NCBI RefSeq assembly: GCF_006345805.1
Contig: NC_043000.1
Location: forward strand, 66,960,001 to 67,024,000
Source: Octopus sinensis
Lineage: Eukaryota
Reading direction: 5' to 3'
Length of the DNA stretch: 64,000 nt
The notes under the pieces are model-generated. The model saw only the letters and a list, made by a program, of their open reading frames with translations. It ran no database searches and was not told the origin of the DNA. This document shows positions 37,513 through 50,440 of this stretch, in pieces; position 1 is the stretch's first letter; the number at the start of each line of letters is the position of its first letter. Made by a program: the position numbers and the translations under genes.

Positions 37513-40500
37513 CACTCATGTGGCTGTGTGGTAAGAAACTTGTTTTCTAACCAGATGATACCGGATTCAGCCCCACTATGTAGTTCCTTAAGCAAATGTT
37601 TCTACTTATAGCCTTGGGCTGACCAAACATTGCAAGTGTATTTTGTAGATGGAAACTGAAAGAAACCCACTGTATATTTATATAAATCTGTGTGTGTGTT
37701 TGTTTCCATTACCGTTTGACAACCAGTGTTGGTGTGTTTACATCCCCACAATTTAGTGGTTTCAGCAAAAGAGACCAATAGGATAAGTACTGAGGTTGAT
37801 TCATTCAACTGAAAGTTCTTCAAGGTATTGCCCCAGCAGGGCTGCAGTCTAATGACTGAAACAAGTAAAAGACAAAAGATAAATATTTCGTCAATTAATA
37901 TCTGTTTTCCATGCTAGCATGGGTTGGGTGGTCAGACAGGAGCTGGCAAGGCCAAGAACCATACTGAGCTCCATTGTCTGTTTTTGTATGGTTTCTACAG
38001 CTGGATGGCCTTCCTAATGCTAACCACTTTACAAAGTTCACTGGGTGCTTTTACATTGCACCAGTACCAGTGCTTTTTACATGACACTACCACCGGCAGG
38101 TTCATCTTGCAAGACAGAAGAAAAAAGGAAAAGGCAAAAATCCTTCAACTAGCAGCTGGGGGAGTAGTATTGAGTGTGGGTGACTTGGGGCCAGTTGAGA
38201 GAATAAAAATATAGAAGGGCAGAAGGACACAAGAAAATAAATGTATATATGCACATACTAGCATACCTATGTAAACGTATGAAAAAAGAAATGGAACATA
38301 ATAGTTAGACTTCATGGAGAGGATTGTGAAAGTGTTGGTGTTTATGCTCAGGTTGGCCATGAAAGAACAGACCTATGTTGAAAAGCTGTTCAACCATAAT
38401 TGTACTGTCTTTTGGGGGTCCATACCTAGGCAAGCATGCTTTCCCTATTCTGATTTGTTTCTGCATAACTTTCTGAAAAATGAATATTTTTGTTTTGAAA
38501 TTTCCGATAAATACTTGTTAGATAATAGAGATTATGGTTATATCGGAATTTAGTGTGTTAAAGAAAAAATGGTGGACGTGTACACATACACACTTCACAA
38601 AATGAAACTTGAAATTTTGAAAATATTATGCCAGGCATGTCAGTATGTGTGTATACGCCTAACTTTTTTTCTTCACATTAAATTCCGATATAATCCACAA
38701 CCACACTATCTCAGAGATAAAATTTCATCAAAAGAAAAAAAAAATTCTATATAGCGGTTCGGCAAAAGAGGCCGATAGAATAAGTACTAGGCTTACAAAA
38801 ACTAAGTCCTGGGGTCGATTTGCTCGACTAAAAGGCGGTGCTCCAGCATGGTCGCAGTCAAATGATTGAAACAAGTAAAAGAATAAAAACTGGAAGTTAC
38901 AAGGAAACAAAGTCGGGGGAGGAGCACACTTATGTAGATATTCCTTTTCTTTTATCTGCTTCAGTCATTTGATTGCGGCCATGCCGGAGCACTGCTTTGA
39001 AGGCGTTTTTGTCAAGCGATGATGGGAGGACAAACACACACACATACGAGGGCTTCTTTCAGTTTCCGTCTACCAAACCACTCACAAGGGTTTAATCGGT
39101 CCGAGGCTATAGCAGAAGAGGTCTAACTAGGGGGAAAAAAAAAAAAAAAAGACACTTGCCCAAAGTGTCACATAGCGGGAGTGATCCCAGAACCTTGTAG
39201 CTGAGAAGCAAGCTTCTTACACACAGCCACGTCTACGCCTCTATTTCTGTCTTCACTACGTTATCTTTTTATTTTCAAGTCAATAGGGTGTGACACATTG
39301 TGAACAGAATTATCGAATGGTACATATTTTCAACGGGACAATTACTGGTTTACCGCATTAGCAAAGGCGATAGTGTCTAATCCGATGAAAAATCTCAAGG
39401 AACTTCCTTCATAAAACAACGGTTTTTCGTTTTGTCGCCGATGCACACACACACACACACACACGACCGGCTTTTGCAAACTGTCTGTTTACCCAAATTC
39501 TCCCTGGAGACACATGCTTAAAGCGACGCACCGTGCGATGGTGCTTAGCGCTTGTCTAGCATCCATGCAGGTGCTTGTCAGGTTGCTTTGGGCTATATTC
39601 ATATTTTGTTAGTACCAGCTCTTTCAAATGTTCATGTGCTACATCGTTGTTACATGATGTCCACTGCAAATGTATTCTGAAGGATTTAAGATTGGAAGAT
39701 TAATAGAAAATTAAATAATGACTACTGTTTAAAAGTATTTTTTTCTGTGTTCGCATATCCATTTATTTCAACAACATATTAGTACTTAACTGTCAGGAAG
39801 TTTATTTAATAACCTTTATAGGTTTACTATTTTAACTTGAGCCTGTTTCAGGGCACTGTGGATAAGTAACGATATTCAAGGGCAGGTAATAAGCGTAGTA
39901 CTGTAGCATAGCAGCAGGACAATTAGAGAAATACAGCTGCTGTAGAAGACTGGTTGTTGTATAGCCATACTGCAGCACAAAAAGGCAATACTTCAACATT
40001 GTTTAAAAGGAGCAAATGCTTTACAGCAAATCTATCAATATTTAAACATATTCCTTCCCATTTCCCTCATATGTCTACTTTCCATTAAAATCCACTTTTT
40101 CGTCCATTATAATTCTGTTCACATCAGATGCATTATAGATCAATGCTAGTATTTGACTGTCACTTTATAATTTATCGGCCCCCGGGAAGATGAAAAGAAA
40201 AGATAACCTCAGTTGCACAGTAACTCATAATGTAAACGGCCGTAACTAAAATACTGCAAAGTAATTTGTTCGAAGCTCGAACGAATTTGCCAGAGAAATT
40301 GTATACTAGGGAAATATATAAAAATTAATGAAATTCACTGTACAAGAGTAATTTTTTAAGTTTTAAAAATCGGGCGATCCTAGAAGATAACGTTGCTTTC
40401 ACTTTCGTAAAATAAGTTTTTTCTGGCGATTTCCATCAGTATTTTACGAACATTTTTTTTTTTTGCTTGAGTTTTCTGCGGGTTTTATCTTCCATTTCGT

Positions 40501-40819
40501 CTAGTTGTGTTTTATAATTGCATATCTATTTCATGAACTTGCTGTTCCATAATATAGATGTACTTTTGCTACAAATTACACATATAAACTTGGTGTTGGT
40601 CGAGCAAAAACTTGTCCTTGCTATACGAGAAAAATTTTCTTCGTTTTAAATTATAATCCCTACAACATTATTTTCGTTTGTTTAAAAATTCTTAGAAATA
40701 GAACATTATTATTATCATCGTTATATTTCATCCGAGAGATGAAAGGAGAGCTAAAGTTTGTAAAGTGAAAATGTTACCTCAAGATCGACCTCATTCAAAC
40801 ACCGAAGTACGTTTGTATT

Positions 40820-41030
40820 TTAGTAACCGGAATTATTAATCTGTTGTTATAACAACCGAAGAATCAGCAGGTTCCGGAAGTTTGAGGAAAAGTGCGAAGG
40901 AAAGTGTGAAGGAAAGTGTGAAACGCCGAATATGTACGGCAAATTGTTCATCACATAACAGAGAAGTGTCTGCTATTATTTTGGCTGATAAAGATGTCTT
41001 TACATCAAACTGGTGATACTTGAATAGGTA
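40820..41030 (+). promoter_or_regulatory. Candidate promoter and non-coding first exon of an unidentified gene
   Basis: CpG-retaining unique sequence (~39.3-42.6 kb), ETS-type CCGGAAGT at 40874-40881, and a donor-like atag|gtacgg near 41027. Confidence 0.4.
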
Positions 41031-44000
41031 CGGAAAACTCATTGCATGTCATTTTACTTTAAAAGAACTTAGTACTATGTAACATACACATTCATTTGAG
41101 ATCAGAAAAGTTGGATCTATGTTTGCTTACTAATTACATTTTAATTTGTCGTTTTTCATTATATATATAGGAATTAACTTGATAATTGTTTATTATTTAT
41201 TTGCCATTACCCTCCCCTCTCTTGTTTATATCTTTACGTGTACAATATTAAAAGCAAGTCCTTGCATGCCGAATTATCTCTTATTAATTTGATATTTTGG
41301 CGTGAGTTTTCTTTTCCCGCTTTCTATAATTAATTTTATTCTGATTTCATTTTGATTATAATCTCATTAAGCATTTCAGTTTGTTGTAGATTTAAATTTA
41401 CGAATTATGATTTTCTTATATTAATAAATGTCGTCTTGTAATTATAAATTATAAGAGGTAATTGACTTTGATCCTTGTGGCCCTCTTATCAATTTCGCTT
41501 AATAATAATAATGATAATAATAATAATAATAATCAGTTTTGAGATAGCTCATTGAAATGTTTAGGAAAAGCCACAGTAGAATAATAGAATTTCGAAATAA
41601 TTTATGCCTGAATTTTAATATGCAATGTATTTTTGAAGCTCATACTGAAAATATAATAAAAATTTATCATAAGTTCGTTGTGCCCTATCCCAACATTCAA
41701 GCCTTGCATAATTACGTACCTTTTTGCTGCAGTTATTTATAGCTGTATATGTTTTCACTTGGACCAAAGAACATTCTGCTGGAAGAATGCATAAATATAC
41801 TGGTCTGGTTAGTTAGTATATCTGATTTTGTTTCATGTCAGTTTTTGAATTGACCTTAAACTTTGAATCCGTTGACCGTAACTGTTATAATAATAGTTAC
41901 CAATACACAACTGTAAATTTTTGTCATATTATGATTGCGTGTGTGTAATATATAACCGCCCCACACTCATACAATCACAAACCCGTATTAAAAATACTTA
42001 TGTAGTGTATAATTCGTGTCCATACTTTTCGCTTAACGGTAAATTACTGTCTAGCTGAGTCCACAGTCTGGTTCCGATCGTAGGCTGAAACCAAATTACA
42101 CTGCTAAAGTTTCGCTAAAAAATATGACCGTCTCAGAATTTCATTCTTTTTTTATTGCATAATTGATGTCTTGTGCCCCTCCCACAAGTTTGTCCTGATC
42201 GACAGACATAAGATCAAAGTGTCTTGTATAGCTAAGCCTATGATGCAGAATACCCTAGCAAAATTATGAAAGTTATATGTATTCTATTCGGAAAACGTTT
42301 TTGTATATGCTCAAATTTGTGCCAACCACTAGCGTAGTGTGGGGTGTGCGGACCTTACATAGTGACTGCATTACGTACGTTGTTTGCTGTAGTCGAAGTA
42401 TGCTACGTTTAAGTAAGGGAGCGGCCAAAACCAGTGTTATACAACTGATACTAATATGAACTGATTGCCCGGCTTCGTTATAGTTGTACCCTTTCTGCAA
42501 ACGCAAATTAGACTCCCGCTCTCTTAAGTATGTAAATCAAATTCAAAAGAGAATCTCTGATAATTTCCGCTAGGTTTTTGTTTTCTTTCTCCAAACAACA
42601 GTGAATTTTCAGTTATTATTTTTGCATACGCCATTCAGTTGATCTTCCTTTATCTCATCCAAATTCAGATTACTGGTACGTTTGAATAATTGCCTTTAGC
42701 TCATTTCAGTTTTCAAATATACCAATTTTAGGGGCTAAAAATTATTCACAATTTTCCCCTCATATGTTTAAAAATGTCAGCTGGTCAATGCAAGTTTGGG
42801 TAGACTATAACACACTGATGAGATCTAATAGACTGAAACGTGCATAGTTATCTCTTGTAGACAAAGATCACGCGTTCCTTATAAACATATAAATTAAGGG
42901 ATTAATTCTTAATTTCTTGAGATTATCTCCCCTTTTCTTCAATACAAACAACTGCTGCTGGGTTTTCTTTGACTTAGTTTTTTTAGTTTTTTAATTAACG
43001 GGGAAATTTCAATTAATTATGACCTCCTTATGTTCAGCATTCAGGATGTCACTGTATAACTGTTTCAGTTTCTGAATATTTGAAATGATATTGTTTGAAT
43101 TTCATTAGGATGAATATCTAATTAGAAAAGAAAACATATTTATCTGTTTACCTGGTTATTAAGATAAATCATAAGAAATATCAAAATACTTGTTTAAATT
43201 TAAAAGAAACTGCTGCTTCAATTTTTGTAAGGATGAAATTATCATTCTACACGCAGCCAACATATATTTGAATCTGTTGTCATCATATAGGTGCATGCAT
43301 GTCGGTGTGGTAAGAAGTTTGCTTCTCAACCATATGGCTTCAGGTTAATTCCATTGCATGGCACCGTGGGTGAATGTCTTCTTGTATAGCCTTGAGTGGA
43401 TTTGGTAGATGGAAACTGAAAGAAGCGTATTACACACACTCACTCACATATAAAATGTGTGCATGTGTTTGTGTCTGCCCCCACATTGCTTGACAACTGG
43501 TGTTGGTTTGTTTACATCTCTGCAATTAAGTGTTTCAACAAAAGAGACCAATAGAATCAGCACCAAACTTTAAAAATAAGTACTAGAGTCAGTTTGTTTG
43601 ACTAAAACCCATTCAAGGTGATGTCCCAGCATGGTCGCAATCAATGAAGTGAATCAAATAAAATATTAAAATTTTCAATTGAAAATCTTGTGAAAATAGT
43701 TAAAGAGTACAGGTGGTTTGCTAGCAGAATTGTTAGCATGCTGGACAAAATGCTTAGCGGCATTTCGTCCTTAATTTCTGTGTTAAAATTCTGCCAGGGT
43801 TGCTTTTGCCTTTTATCCTAACAAGTATCAGTTCAGTACTGGGGTTGATGTAATTGATTAGTCCCCACCCCAAATTTCATATCTTGTATCTATAGTAGAA
43901 AGAATTATTTTGCTCATGTATTCTGTAATAGAATCTTACTTTAAGTGTGTACTACGACAGTAGAGTGGAATGTATGGCTGATTTGGCTGCCATTTCTAGC

Positions 44001-47000
44001 AAGTTCAGCAACCAGCTAGAGGTTACCTGAAATATAACTTTCTAAAATTGAGATGTTAATGATTCAAATTAAACATCAGCATCTCAATCCTGCAATCACA
44101 AATACTAAATAGAATAAAAATGTAGAATAATATGTAGTGAAAGTTTTTGAATAGTTTTTGTAAACAACTAAAGATCATTCTTCAAAATGTTAACTAAATG
44201 ATTTTTGCTTCTATTTTTTTTAATGCTGGCATCACTTGAATGAATTTAGATAGCAATCTCTTTCCAACTGAATATATTACTTTTGAATTATAAATAACAA
44301 ACTAATTCTATTGCTCTTGTCTTTTTTGTAATCTGCCTTCACACACATCTTTACTATTTTTGCTTTTCCATTTATATCTCAAAAAAAAAAAAGAGTGAAA
44401 AAAAAGAAAAGTATATTACATGAAATAAATTCTTATTGAAATTCATGACTAAGCGAGGGTGTAAATAACATAACCTTAGTATAGTGATTGGCAAAATTAT
44501 GGCTACTATAATCACTGCATATGCTCATGATGTGTTAATGGATATAGATGTCTACACCTTCATAACTGGAGATTTTCAAGGTCATATCTAGAAACCTCAT
44601 AATAAATATACTGATGTACAATGAGGCTATGACATAAATAAATGAGTGAGGAACTAAGCTCTTAGAATTCTTTGCAAGAGAAGTTCTCATTTGTAAACAT
44701 ACTTTCCAGAAAGTCAGCCAATTAGTTAACTAGCAATCAAAAAGGTCTGTTAGCAAAACTAGAAATGGGCTCCTTTCACTAGAATATGTGGGCCAAGAAT
44801 AGAGGCTTGAAAATGAGCACTGAGCCCAAAATAAAAAATAAGAGGTGTAGAAAGAATAACTTATTTTAATAGAGTTAAAAACCGAGAACTGTAGCATTGA
44901 ACATTTCTAAGGGACAAATTCCTGTAAACCATTGACCAATTATGCCACTAGAGTAAGGACCAAGCTTGGAACAAATTACATCAGCCTTAACAAAAAACAA
45001 GACCGCCAGCTGTCTCTAACTATTGCTCTGATTTTTGTTGCTTTGCACTCCTTCAAAGCCTGTCATCATTTATAGCTTTATCAATGCCATCAATCCAGTC
45101 AGAGGAGGAGGGGCAGTACCTATACATTACAGACCCTCCAAGACTATTGAAATCAGTGTAGTTGATGATTAGTCTGAACTTCTGTATGTTGATATCTGCA
45201 GGAGAATTATGAATTATAAAGGATTCCAGAATGTTGATTGAGTAAAGTGTTTAAGGTGAGATCTGGCTGTGTAACACACAAGTATAAGAAAAAAAGTGGA
45301 GTAGCAAGTGTATTTGGGTGGAGAAGAGGGGGATGCTAGTTTAGAAGAGTAGAGCAGTTGTTTTGGTTCAAAGTCTGTCTTGATCAAACTGACCTATGAT
45401 CAAAAGCATTTTTAGACATCACTATTCTGTATATTACATAAATATAGTCATAGCACTGTTAAGAAATTCACTTAGTAAATGGTAAGACCAAAACCATATG
45501 GTTTTGGTCTCACTGTGTGACACCTTGGCGAGTGTCTTCATCGTGGGCTGACTAAGAGCTAGCTGGGGAGTAAAATCTGGTTGACAGGAACTTTATGGAA
45601 GCTGGTTATGTATGTGTATCTTCATATTTGACCTTGTGACACTGCTTAAAAACTGATGCTCTTTATGGTTTTTAAGTTAGTGGTTTGATGGTAAAATAAG
45701 TGTTAAACTTTAAAAAAGTTACTGTGGTCAATACAATCAACTAAATCCTTCACTGTGCAGTATGGCCACAATCCAATGTCTGCAACAAGTAAATGCACAC
45801 ACCCAAGATCACATATCTTGGGGATTTGGTTGCTTCTAGCAGGTTGAGGGGACCATTTAGAAATTCTCTTGGCTTGAGTTTATGAATCAGTAGTTGTAGC
45901 ATGTTGGTGAGTGAATCTTTGCTAAACCTTCTTTGGGTTACACTCTAGGATATTTCAATGCTGGGCAGTTCTACAGGAGCTAATGAGTTGGAGGACTGCA
46001 TTGAGTTCCAATGATTTCCTACAGTCAACACCTTTACAGTGTACTGGTTTCTTTTCCTTTGTTTCAGTAGCAGTCTCTTAGATATGTTAGCAGTTCCCAA
46101 TTTGGTTTTCTTGAACTTTGTGGAGCTTACATGAGACAATACATACATACACGCGCGCACACACACACACATATACACACAGAGGTTCAGAAGTTCACTT
46201 AACACACAAACCATAACCATATTATGATTTCACTGTGAGCTATATTGAGCAAGTGTCTTCAGGTATCTTAGTCAGCTTGAGGTTGACTTAAGATTTTGTG
46301 AATGAAATTTAGTGAATGGGAACTGTATGAAAGCCAGTTGTGTGTGTGTGTGTGTGTGTACAGTGCAATTGATCAAGGTTAAAGTATTCTTTTGGCTTTG
46401 AATGAAATCCTTTTCTTAGGGACAGTAGTAACAGCGTCATATTTGTATGGTTGTCTTAAAAGATCAGGGATTATGAGACCTAGCACACATTCTGCTATCC
46501 TTCCTTTCTCCCAAATCGCAAGTCATGATTCCTGATTGAGAAGGGGTGCCAAAAAATGAGATTTAGGAAGATGTGATTCTCTAAGCCATTGAATCCTGTT
46601 AAAATGTCCTACACATGTGAGCATACATATGCATACATAAATATATGTATTTACCCATGTGGACCATTTTCATACTAGATATTCCTTCAACATGAATGCA
46701 ACATTCAAAATACTTCCTGGATTTACCTGGGATTATACTTAAGGACCTGTGCCTTCACAAAAGTACAGACCAACTTCCATATGCCCTGGAAGAAGATGGG
46801 CTATGAAATTTATTCTCCTGTCTGTATTTTTCTATCTACTGTTTTACTCTTTATTCTATCTACTATTTTATTCCGTTATAAACTGTGAATTCCCTGTCTA
46901 GAACTTTGCTATATACCTTGTCTCTGATGACGGAATACCCAGTGTATGGAAACGTTAACCTATCACTTGGGCTATCCCAGATCTCCAATAATTAATTAAC

Positions 47001-48334
47001 TAATTAATTAATTACAATTCACTTTACTCTAATTGAATATGACTTGAGATACTCATCCTGCTGTGGTTTTTGTTGTCCTTTTTCCTCTAATACATAAATA
47101 TATACATATATCATTTTAATCTTTATATTCATCATTTAATGTCTATCTTCCATACTGTCATGGGTTGGTAGCTCAACAGGATCTAATGAGTCAGAGGACT
47201 GCCTTAAGTTCCAATGCCAACATCTTTACAGAGTGTATGGTTGGTGGTGAGGTTTTTTTTGTGGCACACAGTAGTAGTAAAGTTTATTGCTAAAGAAGAG
47301 ATATATGGTTACTCTGCATTATATAAGAGTGGAGCTATAGAAAGGGAGGTAAAGCTAATGGGGAAGTGGTGTCAAGGTGTATCATCAAGGTGCAAGAAGT
47401 GAAGAGAGAATGGGAACAAAAGACTAGGAAGGGTGGATGGATAAAAGGTTACAAGAGTTGGGTGGAGAATGAGGGATGATTAGTGATGGGGGTAAAGGTG
47501 AATGTAGTGGAGGGGTGGTTGATTGTAGATATGAGTTGGAGGAAGGTAGTAAGAGGGAGAGATCATGTTAGTAGAAATGGCTGAGGGGTGATGTGGTGAT
47601 GAGTGACAATACAGAAAGGTTGAAGAGCAGTGAAATAACAAAATAATTCTAGATAAGGTAAGAATGAGAGATAGGGAGATGATGGGTTGGGTAAAGTTTG
47701 TAAAAGTGAGGGGAGAGAAAGTGAGACATAGTGACATAGTGAAGGAGGTCAGAAGTATGTAAGGGTGAATATAGTGAGTGATGAACAAAGGTCAAGGTGG
47801 TGGTGGGTGCAGAGATGAAATGGTGTTAAGAATTAGACATGGATATCAATAGAATGTAGTTCACTGACCAGATAACTCAAAAATAAGAGTGGGGAGAGAG
47901 GAGATGAATGTCAGAAGGAAGTAGTTGCAGGGGGAGGTATCTATTAGCACAAGAAGGAATGAAATATGTAGTTCTGTTCTCACTTAATTACAACAGTAGA
48001 ATAATGCAACAGTTGGAAGAGTAATGGAGAGATGACTGATGTGTATACACATAATCCTTTTAGGACCTGAGTTTTGCCATGATTAGCAGGTTTTTGTCAA
48101 ACACCACATATTGTCAATCGTCTCAGTCATTTGTCATGTCCTCCACGAGGCTCAACATCCTGAGACCATCCTTCACTACATTGTCATACATCTTCCTGAG
48201 TCTCTGTTTCCTATAGGTTCCATCCAAATTTAGTAAGCAGCACTTCTTTATGCAGCTGCCCTCATCCATATGCACACATGTCTATACCAGTTTTCTCCCA
48301 GTTTTCCTCTCAACGGTTTGTCATTCATGAACAT

Positions 48335-49447
48335 TTACACGGGGAAGGGTGCACTGAAAGTGTAGCTGCTAGAATAAGAATAGCCTGGGCTAAGTTCAGA
48401 GAGCTCTTTCCTCTGCTGTTGACAAAGAGCCTCTCGCTCAGAGTAAAAGGTAGATTGTATGACACATGTGTACGAACAGCCATGCTACATGGCAGGGAAA
48501 CATGGGCTGTAACTGCTGAGGACATGCGTAAGCTCGCAAGGAATGAAACCAGCATGCTCTGATAGATGTGTAATGTCAGTGTTCATACTCGACAGAGTGT
48601 AAGTACCTTGAGAGAAAAGTTGGACCTAAGAAGCATCAGATGTGGTGTGCAAGAGAGACGACTGCTCTGGTATGGTCATGTGGCGAGAATGGATGTGGAT
48701 AGCTGTGTGAAAAAGTGCCACACCATAGCTGTTGAGGGAACATGTGGAAGAGGTAGACCCAGGAAGACCTGGGATGGGGTGGTGAAGCATGACCTTCGAA
48801 CATTGGGCCTCACTGAGGCAATGATTAGTGACTGGGACCTTTGGAAATATGCTGTGCTTGAGAAGACTTGGCAAGTGCAAGTGAGACCATAACCTTGTGG
48901 CCTATGCCAGGGGTGTAACCAGTCCACTTATGCATACCTTTCCTTCTTTGGATACAAAACTCTGCTTGCAAAGACCTGTTGAGGCAAGTGAAATCGAAAT
49001 CAAATTCGATGACTGGCGTCTGTGCTAGTGGAGTGCTAAGAGATTGTTGCCAGAACAACAAACTGGCCTCCATGCCGATGGCATGGAAAAACACCATTCA
49101 CGCGTGATTGTTACCTGCATCACCTTACTGGCACTTGTGCTGGTGGCACGTGAAAAAACATTCGAGTGAGGTTGTTGCCAGTGCTGCTGGACTGGCTCAT
49201 GTGCAGGTGGCACATAAAAAGCACTATTTGAGTGTGGCCATTGGCAGTACCGCCTGACTGGCCTTCGTGCTGGCGGCACGTAAAAGCACCCACTACAATC
49301 TCGGAGTGGTTGGCATTAGGAAGGGCATCTAGCTGTAGAAACTCAGCCAGATCAGATTGGAGTCTAGTGCAGCCATCTGGTTCACTAGACCTCAGTCAAA
49401 TCGTCCAACCCATGCTAGCATGGAAAGCGGACGTTAAATGATGATGA
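48335..49447 (+). mobile_element. 5'-truncated RTE LINE fragment with 3'UTR and (GAT)n tail
   Basis: ORFs 48278-48562 and 48566-48892 encode the RTE RT C-terminus, split by one stop. Ends ggacgttaaatgatgatgat. Confidence 0.9.
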
Positions 49448-49719
49448 TATACATATAAATATTTACACCATTGTTTTGAAATGGTTTTTAGGGATGGTAA
49501 GAAAGGAAAAAAGAAAGAAAAAATAGAGAATAAAAAATAATAAAAAAATGTTTCCCTGTCCTTTCTTTTTATAGTCTTTAAGTTATAATTAGAATATATT
49601 CTTGTCATACATTTATTTATTTATATTTGGTAAGGTGTAGTTCTGTATGAAAATACAATAGTAAAATAAAATAACTATATATATCATACCCATACATATA
49701 TACTTATACATATGTACAA

Positions 49720-50075
49720 AACATACTCTTTGCTTTTCTTTTTTCTCTTACAAACATTTAATTTTGGTGAGAATCTTTTTGTGAAGTGTAATTCCATTAC
49801 CTTTCGGTATTGCGGATTGTCCCGTGTACATTTGTAAAAGGGAAGGATTTTGAACTTTCCGTCTCCGCATATTTGTAGATGCTTACTCAATGGAATCTTT
49901 TGCAGTTCTAGCTGGATATGTTGCCTGTGAATTCTTGCATGTTGGCAGAGGGAGTTATTCGTTTCGCCAAAGTAAATTTTCTTTACAGTTTGGGCAGGTA
50001 ATGCAATATATGAGATTTTGTGTTTTACAGTTCATATCTGCATTTATTTTAAAAATGGATCCGTTCTTGAACTTT
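49720..50075 (-). mobile_element. Penelope-like element GIY-YIG endonuclease fragment
   Basis: NCKTQNLIYCITCPNCKE (frameshift) YFGETN...HRQHI...IPLSKHL..CG...F.ILPF...R...E..F...F.PKLN. Confidence 0.85.
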
Positions 50076-50187
50076 ATGTATGTTTATATATATATATATA
50101 TAATAATAAATATTAGGGAATAAATCCAAATTTACAGGGAAAAAATCAGATTTAGGATTAAATCCAATTTTATAGTAAAATATTATA

Positions 50188-50440
50188 TAATATTAATTCG
50201 AGACAAAACCACTATTTTGCAAAACAAACAAGGAAAGACTTAATCAATACATAAAAATTTTTAATATAAAGAAATAAACTGCCACTACAATCGTTTCATG
50301 TCTTCAATGACATTCGTCAGGTGGATTTTCGAAACGATTGTAGTGGCGGTTTATTTCTTTATATTAAAAATTTTTATGTATTGATTAAGTCTTTCCTTGT
50401 TTGTTTTGCAAAATAGTGGTTTTGTCTCAAATTAATATTA
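50188..50440. repeat. Near-perfect inverted repeat: 110-bp arms (50188-50297, 50331-50440) with a 33-bp spacer
   Basis: Direct comparison shows only two mismatches. Confidence 0.95.
50282..50324 (-). ncRNA. Minimal type I hammerhead ribozyme
   Basis: Minus strand CCAC-CUGACGA-AUGUC(AUUGAA)GACAU-GAAAC-GAUU-GUA-GUGG: full core, 5-bp stem II, 4-bp stem I, GUA cleavage triplet. Confidence 0.85.

Noticed and set aside
44520-45200. ITGDFQGH and RGGGAV-like motifs
   Set aside because: Probably very decayed LINE endonuclease pieces, too short and stop-ridden to annotate.
46920-46960. CTGATGA...GAAAC hammerhead-like string
   Set aside because: Stem II is poor and there is no NUH site or stem I. At most a decayed Penelope end.
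47300-48000. Purine-rich tract as a special regulatory element (similar at 12420-13020)
   Set aside because: Recurs next to decayed RTE-type tails, so it is most simply the body of an old non-autonomous repeat.
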